The translations under genes and the position numbers were made by a program. A stretch of 64,000 nucleotides of DNA from Eutreptiella sp. 'Long Island Sound 2002' (lineage: Eukaryota; Protista; Euglenida). The stretch covers positions 197,656,001-197,720,000 of the forward strand of contig OZ038378.1 of the NCBI GenBank assembly GCA_964036045.1, given 5' to 3'. Shown here piece by piece: positions 1 through 10,920 of this stretch (positions within the stretch are counted from its first letter, which is position 1; each line of letters begins with the position of its first letter). Under the pieces are notes generated by a model. The model saw only the letters and a program-made list of their open reading frames with translations, did not search any database and was not told the origin of the DNA.

Positions 1-2
1 AC

Positions 3-500
3 AAGTTGGAGGCAAACACCCCGTTTCCGAACATCTCCCCGGGTGCAGCTATGGTGTACACCACTCCTGAGAAGGTGTCGTTGTCCAACGACGCCCTAGA
101 CAAGTTGGTGGATTTGGATCCTGTGGCCTTTGTTGCAGACGAGGCTCACAAGGTCGCCCGAAGTGACAAAACATTTGGGCAGCAATGGACGGAGCTTGGG
201 ATTTGCCGACAAAGACTGCCCACCGTGCCGTGGTACGCATGCACAGCAACGGCCACAACACCTGAGCAACAGGCCATTATCGACCGCCTACACCTTCAAA
301 ATGCAGTTAACGTCCGTGGCATTCTCTACCGAGAAGAAATATCAATGGATTTTCACCACTACGCTCAACCGGTGAAACCTCAAAGACGTCATGCTCCTGA
401 ACTTGGTCCTTCCCCTTGTAAGGGGCAAGACATTGATCTTTTTCACCAACGTCGAAAAGTGCACGAACATGGTCAATATGTTGAAGAAGAAGGGTTTTAA
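3..500 (+). CDS. RecQ-type helicase RecA1 lobe (motifs II-III), copy A, 5'-partial at window edge
   Basis: VYTTPEKV, VADEAHKV (motif II DEAH), CTATAT (motif III), LYREEI. Near-identical to 35285-35782. Homology continues in the +1 frame after ~375. Confidence 0.85.
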   Translation, partial: KLEANTPFPNISPGAAMVYTTPEKVSLSNDALDKLVDLDPVAFVADEAHKVARSDKTFGQQWTELGICRQRLPTVPWYACTATATTPEQQAIIDRLHLQNAVNVRGILYREEISMDFHHYAQPVKPQRRHAPELGPSPCKGQDIDLFHQRRKVHEHGQYVEEEGF

Positions 501-2790
501 AGTGGCGAGCTTCACTGGTGCAACACCATCTTCTACCCGTGAGGCCGTCCTTAAGGACTTGGAGCAAGGGCTCATCGATATTGTGTGCTGCACTGCTGCT
601 TTGGAAATGGGTTGGCATGTCCCCGGCTTGCGGACACTCATCTTCACCAGTGTGCCATCCTCCATAACGCAGCTGATTCAGCTATTGGGGCGCCTTGCCC
701 GCGGTACGTCAGATTGCGGGGAGGTTCACATTCTATACCACCAGCACTCCCTGCGTACCCTTGCCAACTGGCACAAAGACAAGGTCAAGGCCCATGCAAA
801 TTACCACCTCACCTTGAACGACTACACATGTATGTATATGTTGATGCACACCCCAGGTTGCCGGTGGCAGAATTCGTTCCAGCATTCCGACCACGTGCTG
901 TTGGAGCCTTGTGGCACTCGCTGTGATAACTGCGTGAAGAACAGGCCACCAACAGACGCGGGGTTTGTGCTTGGCCTCTTTCTTCCGGCTTTAGCCTTGT
1001 GCGACAAAAGCGACGGCATTTGCCTTGGGCACTGCTTAGACCTCATTCAAGGGGTGCGACCCAAAGACCATTACGAGCGATATGGGCAGGAGCTTTGTAA
1101 TGCTCTCTTTGAGGTGGGCATTGCTAGCCAGCATGCTTGCGGGAGCAAGGGCTCGAAAGACCAATGGAGGGCTGTCATCATGAAAGGCATGGATTGGGAG
1201 TTGGTGAAAGCGATCCCGAACATCGACAGTGTGACTATGAATTTGAAGCTTGGGGAAGTGGAGTTCAATGACAAAGACTCGTACATCCTACATTTGGAAA
1301 AGGCGTTGCCGCAAGCGCCTCAGAATTTAAGTGAGCATGCTGCAGATGCGCTGGAGGATGCCTACCCGCTTCCTATGACGACTGCTGATGTGAAGCGGCT
1401 ATTTCGTGGAACCCTTCTCACTGTAGATGAGGTGCACGCAGCCCAAATCGACCACTTCGCTTGGACTCCAAGGGAAACGCTTCGACTAAAGATTGAAGCT
1501 TGCGTGGTGATGCCATCAAATTCAGAAGTTTGCAACGTGAGCATTGCCGTGAATTCAAGGGGAAGATTGGAGCAAGCAGCGGGGACATGCGGTCTAGTGG
1601 CTGAGGACGGCTCTGCTGCTGGTGGCTACCGTTGCCAGCACTGCTATGCTGTTGCCATGTCCCTCGCACTTGAACAGTGCGAGAAGAAGGTGCCCGGACA
1701 ACGGCGCACGGTGTTAGAAGGCCCATCCACCCGAGCTCAGCGCCTACAAGCAAAGCCAAAGCTCCTTCAGCTTCTGGAGAAAAGGGAATATGTGAAGCTT
1801 GACAAGCCCATTGATTGTCCAAAGTGTGACACCTTGTACGTGGCAGAAGATGTGTACGACTTGCCTTATGGGACCGACGACATACTTCCAGCATCCCTTG
1901 AGCTAACACGGTCTAGCCACGTGAAGAAATATTTTGGATATGATGAAGGTTTTGGCTGCCACCTAGCCTCGCAGGCGTGGACTTGCGCTGGCGCGCTCGT
2001 TTGCAAAGCAAATTCCTGCCGGGCCAGGGACAACAACGCCCAAACCGTGATCTGCCAACATGGAGAAATGCAGAAAAAACGGTGTGACGTCCGCATTTTT
2101 CACCTCTACCCAGTTCTGTTCCAGGGGTCCGTGGAACCTGATGAATACAACCGCCTTCGACTTCTTGCATTAATCCGCAGAGGCACGTTGGAGTTGGCTC
2201 CTGGCGATGACCCACCCAGTGTGAATGGTTGGGCTGGACACTCTCACCCAGTGCTAAAAGCCTTCAAGCCGCCTACACACTTGGATGATGAGATCTTACA
2301 GTGGTTCATTGACGACCCCAATCTCACGCCCCGAGAGGCACTAATGAAGAAGCTGACAACCGGCAAGACACCGCCGGGCGAGAACACCATGTACACAAAC
2401 ACCATGAGGATTGAGCAGCTCAAAGAACGGGCTTTAGTGTTGAAGAGGGATGATTATGAAGATGCCCATCGTTTGTTGAAGCGGTGGCTCAAAGACGAGG
2501 CATATTGGCTGCCAGACGACATGACAAATTATCTTCGGTCTGTCAAAACCAACACGCCTGAAAGGCCTGTCTTTGCTAGTGACGGCATGTTGAAGATTGC
2601 GGCAAAAGGCAAGGTTTTGGAGGTTGACATAACATTTTGGGACCATACGTTTATGAAGTACCTTCTCAACATTGTGGTGTTTGACGAGGACTTGACCAAA
2701 TGGTGGACCACGTTCCGAATGGCTACCTCAAAGCAAGATGCTGGGTTTTATCATGAGGCATTTCTCAAGTTCCTCGACTTGACAAAGGAG
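376..2790 (+). pseudogene. RecQ RecA2 + RQC (Zn and winged helix) + SWIM-like + GCM-like + start of MULE transposase, copy A, interrupted by an insertion at 2791
   Basis: KTLIFF (IV), CTAALEMG (V), QLLGRLAR (VI); CRW...PCGTRCDNC (RecQ Zn); GTC-x13-CQH (SWIM-like); WTCAGALVC..C...C...C...GHSHP (GCM-like); VDITF (first catalytic D). The ORF track runs on to 4380 only because the insert lacks T. Confidence 0.8.
2220..2790 (+). repeat. 571-bp direct duplication, copy 1 (left flank of insertion)
   Basis: Matches 6378-6948 (offset 4158). The only difference seen is GACTTG versus GAGATG. Confidence 0.9.
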
Positions 2791-5700
2791 CACAGCACGA
2801 GGAAAAGAGCACCACAGCACGCAGACACCACCACCGGGCCAAAAACAGCACAGCCAACCAACAGCACAACACAGCACAGCACGACGGCCCACAGGAGGGC
2901 AAAGCAAGCCCCAACAGCACCGCAACACGACAGCAGAGCACAACAGCACAGCACCACGCGACAGCACAGCACCACAAAACACAACACAGGAAAGCAGGGC
3001 ACCACAGCAAACCACACCAACCACAGGGAAGCAGACCACGCGGCCAGACAGGGACACCGACACCGAAACACGCCACCAGCAGACAACCACGGGCCACCAG
3101 ACCCAGCACCGCACCTGTGCACACCACAGGAAACAGCACAACACACAGCAGCGCACCACAGCACCAGGCGCCAGCAACAGCACGCACCACACGAACAGCA
3201 CAACGCGAGCGCACCAGCACAGCGAAGCACAGCACCGCACAGAACGGAGAGCACAGGGAACGCACACCACAGCACCCCGAGACACACACAGCACAAGGCA
3301 GAGCGGCGAACAACAGCACGCACCACCAGGCCACGACAAAACACACACAGCACAGAGCACACAGCGCGGGGGAACACCGCAAAACACAGCGCCGCAGAGC
3401 ACAGGGCCCCAGGGCGACGGGCAGCGCCAGAGGGCACGGCGCAACAAGCAGCGGCACCAAGCGAGCGCAACACAGCACACGACAGCACAACACCGGGCGA
3501 CACAACACGCAGCAGCGCGGCGCAGCACCGCACCCAGGCACGCACAGCACAACACGGCACACAGCACCGAGCGGCAGGAACGAAAACCGCGCGACACAAG
3601 GGGGGGGGGGGGGGGGGGCAGCAACCACGCGGGAGCAGCCAACAGCCAGGCGGAAAGCACGAAAGAGGGACAAGCGCACGGAGAGCCGAGAAGCGGAAGG
3701 CCAACAAAACAAACAACGCAAGCGCCGAGGCCCAGGGCACCCGGGGCCGGAAACCAGAGAAAGCCGGAGACAACGGGGGCGCACGGAGGAAGAGGAAGAG
3801 GGAGAAAAAAAAAAAAAAAAAAAACACAAAGGCCACAAGCAGGAGCGAGCAAAACCGCCGGACACAAAGGTGGGGGGGGGCGGGGGAGCAACCACCAAAG
3901 AGCAGCCAACGGCCAAGCAGGAGACACAAACGAAGCGCGAGCCAGGCAGCGGGAGGCCGAGAAAAACAACCAACGAGGAACGGCAACAGCAGCGAAGGAG
4001 AGAGGGGCAACCCCAGCCCGGAGGGGGCCAAGCAAAGCAGAAAGACAAAGCGGCCAAAGGAAAGGGTGAGGCGCACCAGAACGCGCCCGGGAGGCCGGCC
4101 CGCCCGACCCGGCCAAGCAAAGCACGCACACCACCGCCGCCAGCGGACCCCAGCCAGGAGTGGCGGGGACCGCCCACCACCAGCGGCAGCGAAACCCAGC
4201 CAGGAGTGGCGGGGAGTAGCACACAGGAACCTCCGCCAGGAGTGGCGAGGAACCCCAACAACACACCACACACCACACCACACACCACACACCACCGCCG
4301 CCAGCGGACCCCAGCCAGGAGTGGCGGGGACCGCCCACCACCACCGGCAGCGAAACCCAGCCAGGAGTGGCGGGGAGTAGCACACAGGGACCTCCGCCAG
4401 GAGTGGCGAGGGACCAACCACGCCACACACCAACCACAACCCCAACAACACACCACCGCCACACACCACACACCGACGCCGCCAGCGGACCCCAGCCAGG
4501 AGTGGCGGGGACCGCCCACCACCAGCGGCAGCGAAACCCAGCCAGGAGTGGCGGGGAGTAGCACACAGGAACCTCCGCCAGGAGTGGCGAGGGACCAACC
4601 ACACCACACACCAGCCACAACCCCACCAACACACCACCGCCACACACCACACACCACACACCACCGCCGCAAGCGGACCCCAGCCAGGAGTGGCGGGGAC
4701 CGCCCACCACCAGCGGCAGCGAAACCCAGCCAGGAGTGGCGGGGAGTAGCACACAGGAACCTCCGCCAGGAGTGGCGAGGGACCAACCACACCACACACC
4801 AGAACAACCCCACCAACACACCACCGCCACACACCACACACCACACACCACACACCACACACCACACACCACCGCCGCAAGCGGACCCCAGCCAGGAGTG
4901 GCGGGGACCGCCCGCCACCACCGGCAGCGAAACCCAGCCAGGAGTGGCGGGGAGTAGCACACAGGAACCTCCGCCAGGAGTGGCGAGGGACCAACCACAC
5001 CACACACCAGCCACAACCCCAGCAACACACCACCGCCACACACCACCGCCGCCGGCAGACCCCAGCCAGGAGTGGCGGGGACCGCCCACCGCCACCGGCA
5101 GCGAAACCCAGCCAGGAGTGGCGGGGAGTAGCACACAGGAACCTCCGCCAGGAGTGGCGAGGGACCAACCACACCACACACCAGCCACAGAGCAAGCGCC
5201 AGCAGAGGAAAGGCAAAGGGAGGTACAGCCAGGCGGCCCCCCCCCCCCCCCCCCCCCAAAAAAAAAGGGGGGAGGGGGTGGGCGCGCGAAAAGAGCCCAC
5301 AGCCACCAAACCGCCGCCAACAACACAGAAGGGGGCCAAACCCCCCACCCAGAGGGCACCGAAGACAGGACCCCCAAACAGGTACAGGGGGACCACCCAG
5401 CCAAAACCGGCGACACCAAGCCAGGAACAGCGGCCCAGCGGGAAAAGGAGCACCGAAACAAGCAGAGAAAAAAAAAAAAAAAAGCCAGCAGCCCAGCCCG
5501 AAAGAAAGGAGACGGGGGGAGAGACCACAAGGCCCGGGACGGGGACACCCAGCAACCGGAAAAAAAAAAAAAGCGCAAACAACACAGCCGGACAACCCAG
5601 CCAAGAAGGGCGGGGCACAGCCGAGACCCGGGCCCGGCACGCACGCCCACACCGCACACCGAAACCGGAAACGGCGGAGGGCAAGGGAAACGCGCACGAA

Positions 5701-6377
5701 ACCACACAGGTCCCGAAAGCAGGCCGACACCAAAGCCCAACCACGAACAGCACAAACAGCCGGCAAAAGAGGGACAACACCACAAACCGAGCCCAAACAC
5801 ACCCACCCAAGACCCCAGCCACAACAGGCAGGGGTAAACAAAACCCACCACCAAACGCAACCCGGACCCAACCACAAACGCAAGCCAACAGTAGGAAACC
5901 CAGTGCCCACAGCCCGGGCACTGAGGTAGCCCGTGCCATGCAGGTGACCCGGCCAAACGAGATCCGGAGCCCGGGGGTAAGGCTGCATCCTAAGGCCAGC
6001 GCTGCTTTGGGACTCGAGGCGGAGCGTGCGACACCCAAGCGCCTCGGAACCCTAGTACCAAGAACATGCATGCATGCCTTGGGAACGGGATACGCCAGGA
6101 AGTCCGGTGAACCCCTAGGGTTCCGCCCAAAGGAGGGGACGTGCGCAAGCACGGGGGCCCACCCTCCCGGCGAGACAAGCACGTCACGCTGGCGGCGATC
6201 AGCCCTCCCGGTGTAGCCGGGGGCCGCTTTGTTGGGGGCCAAAAGTCAGGTCTAGCGGGATGTAAGCCGCCTCCCCTCTTCACGCGCGGAGCCTCTTCCT
6301 GTTCGTCACAGGGGCGACGCCAGGGGGAACCATGGGGCGCCTCTCCACGACCGAGTGCACCTACCTACCTACCTACC
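2791..6377 (+). mobile_element. 3.6-kb non-coding insertion, probably a non-autonomous non-LTR retroelement with a (CTAC)n 3' tail
   Basis: Breaks the transposase ORF exactly after GACAAAGGAG. The body is T-depleted and low-complexity, followed by a ~450-bp GC-rich unique 3' part, and it ends in CACCTACCTACCTACCTACC. No RT or other protein motif is visible. Confidence 0.55.
4134..5190 (+). repeat. Six-copy minisatellite (~120-bp core built of three GCCAGGAGTGGCG subrepeats, plus variable CA-rich spacers)
   Basis: The core CGGACCCCAGCCAGGAGTGGCGGGGACCGCCC...GGAACCTCCGCCAGGAGTGGCGAGG recurs near 4140, 4300, 4480, 4670, 4880 and 5055. Confidence 0.9.
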
Positions 6378-6948
6378 TGTGAATGGTTGGGCTGGACACT
6401 CTCACCCAGTGCTAAAAGCCTTCAAGCCGCCTACACACTTGGATGATGAGATCTTACAGTGGTTCATTGACGACCCCAATCTCACGCCCCGAGAGGCACT
6501 AATGAAGAAGCTGACAACCGGCAAGACACCGCCGGGCGAGAACACCATGTACACAAACACCATGAGGATTGAGCAGCTCAAAGAACGGGCTTTAGTGTTG
6601 AAGAGGGATGATTATGAAGATGCCCATCGTTTGTTGAAGCGGTGGCTCAAAGACGAGGCATATTGGCTGCCAGACGACATGACAAATTATCTTCGGTCTG
6701 TCAAAACCAACACGCCTGAAAGGCCTGTCTTTGCTAGTGACGGCATGTTGAAGATTGCGGCAAAAGGCAAGGTTTTGGAGGTTGACATAACATTTTGGGA
6801 CCATACGTTTATGAAGTACCTTCTCAACATTGTGGTGTTTGACGAGGAGATGACCAAATGGTGGACCACGTTCCGAATGGCTACCTCAAAGCAAGATGCT
6901 GGGTTTTATCATGAGGCATTTCTCAAGTTCCTCGACTTGACAAAGGAG
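6378..6948 (+). repeat. 571-bp direct duplication, copy 2 (right flank of insertion)
   Basis: Begins TGTGAATGGTTGGGCTGG directly after the (CTAC)n tail and matches 2220-2790. Confidence 0.9.
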
Positions 6949-8184
6949 ACCGACCCGAATTTCAATCCTTTGCAGTGGCTAACAGTGGTCATGGATTTTT
7001 CGCAGGCCCAGCTCAAGGGACTGAAGTCCGCTCAGAAAGAGTACCTAAAGAAGCAAAACATTGAGTTGTCCGATGATGAGTTTGAAGCCTTTGTGGTCCG
7101 GGTGTTCCAAGGATGCCTACTTCACTTCCTGCGATGTGTGGAGGAGTGGTCCAACAAGATAGACAGCGAGATTGCCTCTGCAATGTTCAAAGAACGATGC
7201 AGGGCCATTCCTTCCATGTCAAAGGAGGCACGTGCGGAGATGTGGGATTGGCTGACAAAGCATTACAAAGCCCTTGAGGGTTTCATAAAGTTCTGGCGTG
7301 CACCGGAGGTGGATGCGTTGCTTTGTCATTTGCATCAAGGGAAGACGTTTGCGGACTGGGTAGCTAGCACGCGGGATAGCAATGCGGTGGAGAGCAGTCA
7401 TCGACCAGTGAAGGCGAAGGGCAAAAGCTTGGTTGACAAGTACCGTATTGTCACGGAAACTGATGCCCTAGTTGGTTTGCAGAGGCAAAACGTGGAACGG
7501 TACTCTGACACAGTAGCGGATAGGTTTTGGGTATTGCGGACAAGACAGAAGGCTCCGGCCAAGGAACGACAACCAAGGGGCGACCGCTATGTCAACGATG
7601 GGAAACCTAAGAAAGGTACCAAGAGAAAGGGCACAAGTGCCGAGGCAAAACCTCGTTCCAAGAAGGTGCGGTTCAACGAGGAACCCGCAGAGTTGCATGA
7701 GTACTCGCAACCGTCACAAACTCAAAACACACCTGGAACTCAAAGCACAACCGACGTCATTCCTTCGGAAGATGATGATATGGCCTTGACGCAGAATCCA
7801 TGTGGTGCTGCAGAGACTCGACAAGTCACATTGAAGCATGTAAAGGATTCACCTCCCGCCCTCAACAGCATTATGGCAACGTATACCACCGACAAGTCCA
7901 AAGTTTGGTTTGCCTTTGCACGCGAAGAGATGAAGAGCGGCTGGAAGGTTGATTGGGTGGAAAAAATTGAGGGACTTGACGTGCATTATCGGGTTGACAA
8001 GCTGGCACGTGACAAGCGTGACAAGGTGGAAATGGAGTGTATCGCTGTGACACAAGTCCCATTTTCCTGTGAGTGTGGTTTCCGGAACGTAACGGTGCAG
8101 ACATGCCAGTGTAGAGTGGTGCAAATCACCAAGGACCACCTAAAGTCTTGCATCAGTTTGGCGAAGAAGCATAACAAGAAGTGA
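6379..8184 (+). CDS. Mutator/MULE-family DDE transposase catalytic region and C-terminus (copy A, separated from its N-terminus)
   Basis: VDITF (D), VVMDFSQAQLKGL (D), GCLLHFLR (CxxH), DSNAVESSH (E) occur in Mutator order and spacing. They are followed by a basic NLS-like stretch KPKKGTKRK..KKVRF and a C-terminal CxC-x9-CxC. The ORF-track start at 6355 lies in the insert tail. Confidence 0.85.
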   Translation: MNGWAGHSHPVLKAFKPPTHLDDEILQWFIDDPNLTPREALMKKLTTGKTPPGENTMYTNTMRIEQLKERALVLKRDDYEDAHRLLKRWLKDEAYWLPDDMTNYLRSVKTNTPERPVFASDGMLKIAAKGKVLEVDITFWDHTFMKYLLNIVVFDEEMTKWWTTFRMATSKQDAGFYHEAFLKFLDLTKETDPNFNPLQWLTVVMDFSQAQLKGLKSAQKEYLKKQNIELSDDEFEAFVVRVFQGCLLHFLRCVEEWSNKIDSEIASAMFKERCRAIPSMSKEARAEMWDWLTKHYKALEGFIKFWRAPEVDALLCHLHQGKTFADWVASTRDSNAVESSHRPVKAKGKSLVDKYRIVTETDALVGLQRQNVERYSDTVADRFWVLRTRQKAPAKERQPRGDRYVNDGKPKKGTKRKGTSAEAKPRSKKVRFNEEPAELHEYSQPSQTQNTPGTQSTTDVIPSEDDDMALTQNPCGAAETRQVTLKHVKDSPPALNSIMATYTTDKSKVWFAFAREEMKSGWKVDWVEKIEGLDVHYRVDKLARDKRDKVEMECIAVTQVPFSCECGFRNVTVQTCQCRVVQITKDHLKSCISLAKKHNKK

Positions 8185-10609
8185 TTTCTGCAAGCGCGCT
8201 CAACAGTTGCATCGAGGGTTTCATGACCCTTGCCATGGGAGGCCCAAGTGGGCATGGCAGGTCAACATATAATATGCATCAAAGAATTGAACTCATGAGA
8301 TTTCGCTCCGCTGTGTTCTTTCTTTTTTGTTGAAATCACAAGCTCGCAGCAGTGGACAACCATGCTTGGCCTTGGTAGTAAAGTATAAATTGTGGATCTT
8401 CCGAGCACTCATGGGGTTCTCCCAAGCACCTTTGAATCACAAGTTTGCAACATATCTGCACTGCAAAGTCAAGTCATGCCGGTTGGCACATGATTTATGC
8501 ATTAGAGGACCAAATCACATGTTTGGGATATTCCTCTCTTTTGTTTGAATGAGAAGGTTGCAACACCTACGACCGCACTTGCATTTGCTGGTCATTGATC
8601 ACTCCCATGGTCATGGTCAAGGGAAGATAGGTTCCCTCGAACCGGTTCCTCTTCCATTTTTCTTCTTCGCCGACTCCTTTGTCCACACATTCAACCTTAT
8701 TTGTTTTGCCCACATGATTCAATCCACCCATCCCCCCACCAAGCAATTCATGGGGAGACGGGAGCTGGACTACAAGAGATGACAGAGGTGCATAGCCATA
8801 ATGTGAGGACTCACAAGTGCTCACATGTTGTGGACCCCTCATCTATGACGTCTGGTCCTTGTCGAACCGTGATTGCCCGCTGTGAGCACTTTCGTCTTCT
8901 TTCTCCCCTTGTAGGCCATAGTTTTGCTCCCAACAAGTACCTCAATCTCCTCTTGGGGTGTATTTTGTGGCGGGGACTTCCCTGAGTCGTTCCTGACTGA
9001 TGATAAGGCCACATAATACTCTTGACTGCGCCCACACTTGTTCCTTGAGCTTGTCTTTCGAGTAGTACCCCCCCCCCTACATCCCACATCTCTCCCCGTT
9101 ACCGTAGTCATCTATGCAGGCTTGAGTGAACGCTTTGGCAATCCCCCCCCCCTATTTTCTCTAATTATCGGCCGGTTGGCCCACTCATAGTTCCCCCTTC
9201 TATCCCCCCCCCCCCCACAATGCGGGAAGCCACCCTTAAGCAGGTTGTTGGATCACAATTTCCCTTCCTTCTACCTTCCCTCTTTTCCCATGTGTCTGGC
9301 AGCCCACACACTTGGCAACCCCGTAATTCTATTGCTAGCCCCAGGTTGCAGAGATGAGGCAATTGAACGTGTGATGTAGCCAATGTAATTTTGTTTCTTG
9401 AACTGTGCATTTTCTGTCCCATACCTCCTTGCCGTCACCTCCCCATCCACCGTGACCCATGCTTTGGGATGTGGGTGAATCTTTGTATAATTGGGTCAGG
9501 GACAGTTTATAGTATGGTGTCGATTTATGTTGAGAAAAAACGGTTGCAAAATATTTGCGCGAATGGTGGTGGTTTGGGTTCTACCCATTTCTTCACTCGT
9601 GACACAACATTTTTGCGCTCTTTGGCCGCGCGCATATTCGTTCTCATCAAATTTCCACTTATCTTATTACAAGAGCATCTTCAAAGTTATAAACGCCCCC
9701 AAGACATATGAGCAATTACAATATTTGCGATGTACCTTGGAAATGGGGGATGCCCATTTTGTTTTTTCTCATCTTGTGATCTTTGAGTTTGCTCAAGCTT
9801 TCATGCTCACAGTATGTCTTCTCCTAGCAAAGGCTGTGAGTGCAACCTGATGCATTGGCTGTTGTGGAAGTGTGAAAATAGCAAGTTGGCATCTATCCCT
9901 ATGAGAGGATTCTGCCATATTTTTTAGTGGTGCCTTGTTTCTTTTGCAAATCACAAGATTGCATATCCGCCCACAACCGTGTCATGAATTCTAGGTTGAA
10001 CCCTTGAAAATGGCACAATTTTGTGACCAACCCAAGTTACGGAGAAGTTTTTTTGTGCATGTGTTTGTTGACATTTGCACTACTTTGTCATTTGATGCCA
10101 TGGCATGCCACTTAACAACCCTAAACAGTGCAACATGTCTGCGAAACGGTTCTTCGGTCTCACTGTCCTCTTTAAATACCACCCCCACGCAGTTTATGGC
10201 CCACGCGATGCCGGTTCCTAAATTGCAAGAAACACATCACGTGGTGCTGCACTGCGGTTGGGAGGGCGACACATGGTCAGCAGACAGCATGCACTTCCGC
10301 ATTTGAATTCGCGTATTCTCATCCTGCGCCGATGCAGAACGAAAGGGTGGGGGCAGAGGAATACAATTCAGCCACAAATTATAGCAAGCCTGAGGCGCCA
10401 TGAATTGGCGCATGAGTGTGACAGAATAGCACGTCTGTGGTGACAGCGATAGGTTAACCAGCTACGGTTGCGATGGAACGTTGTGCTAATCCCTCAAGTT
10501 TGTGGTGCCCCATACCATTGATGTCCTTGGGATTGGCTACGTGTCCTTCAGACTGCAACAAATGCTTTGAGTTTTTGCTTTGTTTGTTTGTGGAGAGTTT
10601 GTGTCCCAG

Positions 10610-10920
10610 ACCCGTACACACCCTAATACCCAACACATTGGTGGACTTCAATTTGTTGCCAAGCGTGCGAACCTGCCACGGGAAATGAAGTGTTGATGGG
10701 GTGCAGTAACACTCATCGTAGCTGACCCCACTCGTTATCTAATTCAATAGTTCATTTGACCCTGAATTGCCACACTTGTCATTCCCCAAAATTTTGGGCT
10801 GAATGGACCCGCCATATCCGAGCACCATGCAAATTACCAAAGCACATTAGCAGACTTCAAATTGTTGCCAAGCGTAGGAACCTACTATGGGAAATGAAGT
10901 ATTGAGGGGGTAAGGTAGAA
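10610..10920 (+). repeat. Two diverged monomers of the ~150-bp satellite
   Basis: GACTTCAAATTGTTGCCAAGCGTAGGAACC..ATGGGAAATGAAGT and GTAACACTCATCGTAGCTG match the array at 13036. Confidence 0.8.

Noticed and set aside
4134-5190. CRISPR-like array of long repeats with spacers
   Set aside because: The repeat is ~120 bp with internal subrepeats and the spacers are simple CA-rich tracts; it is a minisatellite.
2728-6242. Four very long ORFs (906-1163 aa) on both strands, and the extension of ORF 391 to 4380
   Set aside because: They overlap in several frames and translate to low-complexity Cys/Val/Gly or His/Thr/Gln repeats. They are open only because the plus strand lacks T (and the minus strand lacks A), so stop codons cannot form.
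1-8184. Interpretation as a cellular RecQ (BLM/WRN/Sgs1) gene or as a Helitron
   Set aside because: It lacks HRDC, has divergent motifs, is fused to a DDE transposase and is multicopy, so no gene symbol was assigned. There are no HUH Rep or PIF1 motifs for a Helitron.
8990-9040. CTGATGA hammerhead-ribozyme core
   Set aside because: No downstream stem II/GAAA with a pairing cleavage triplet is visible.
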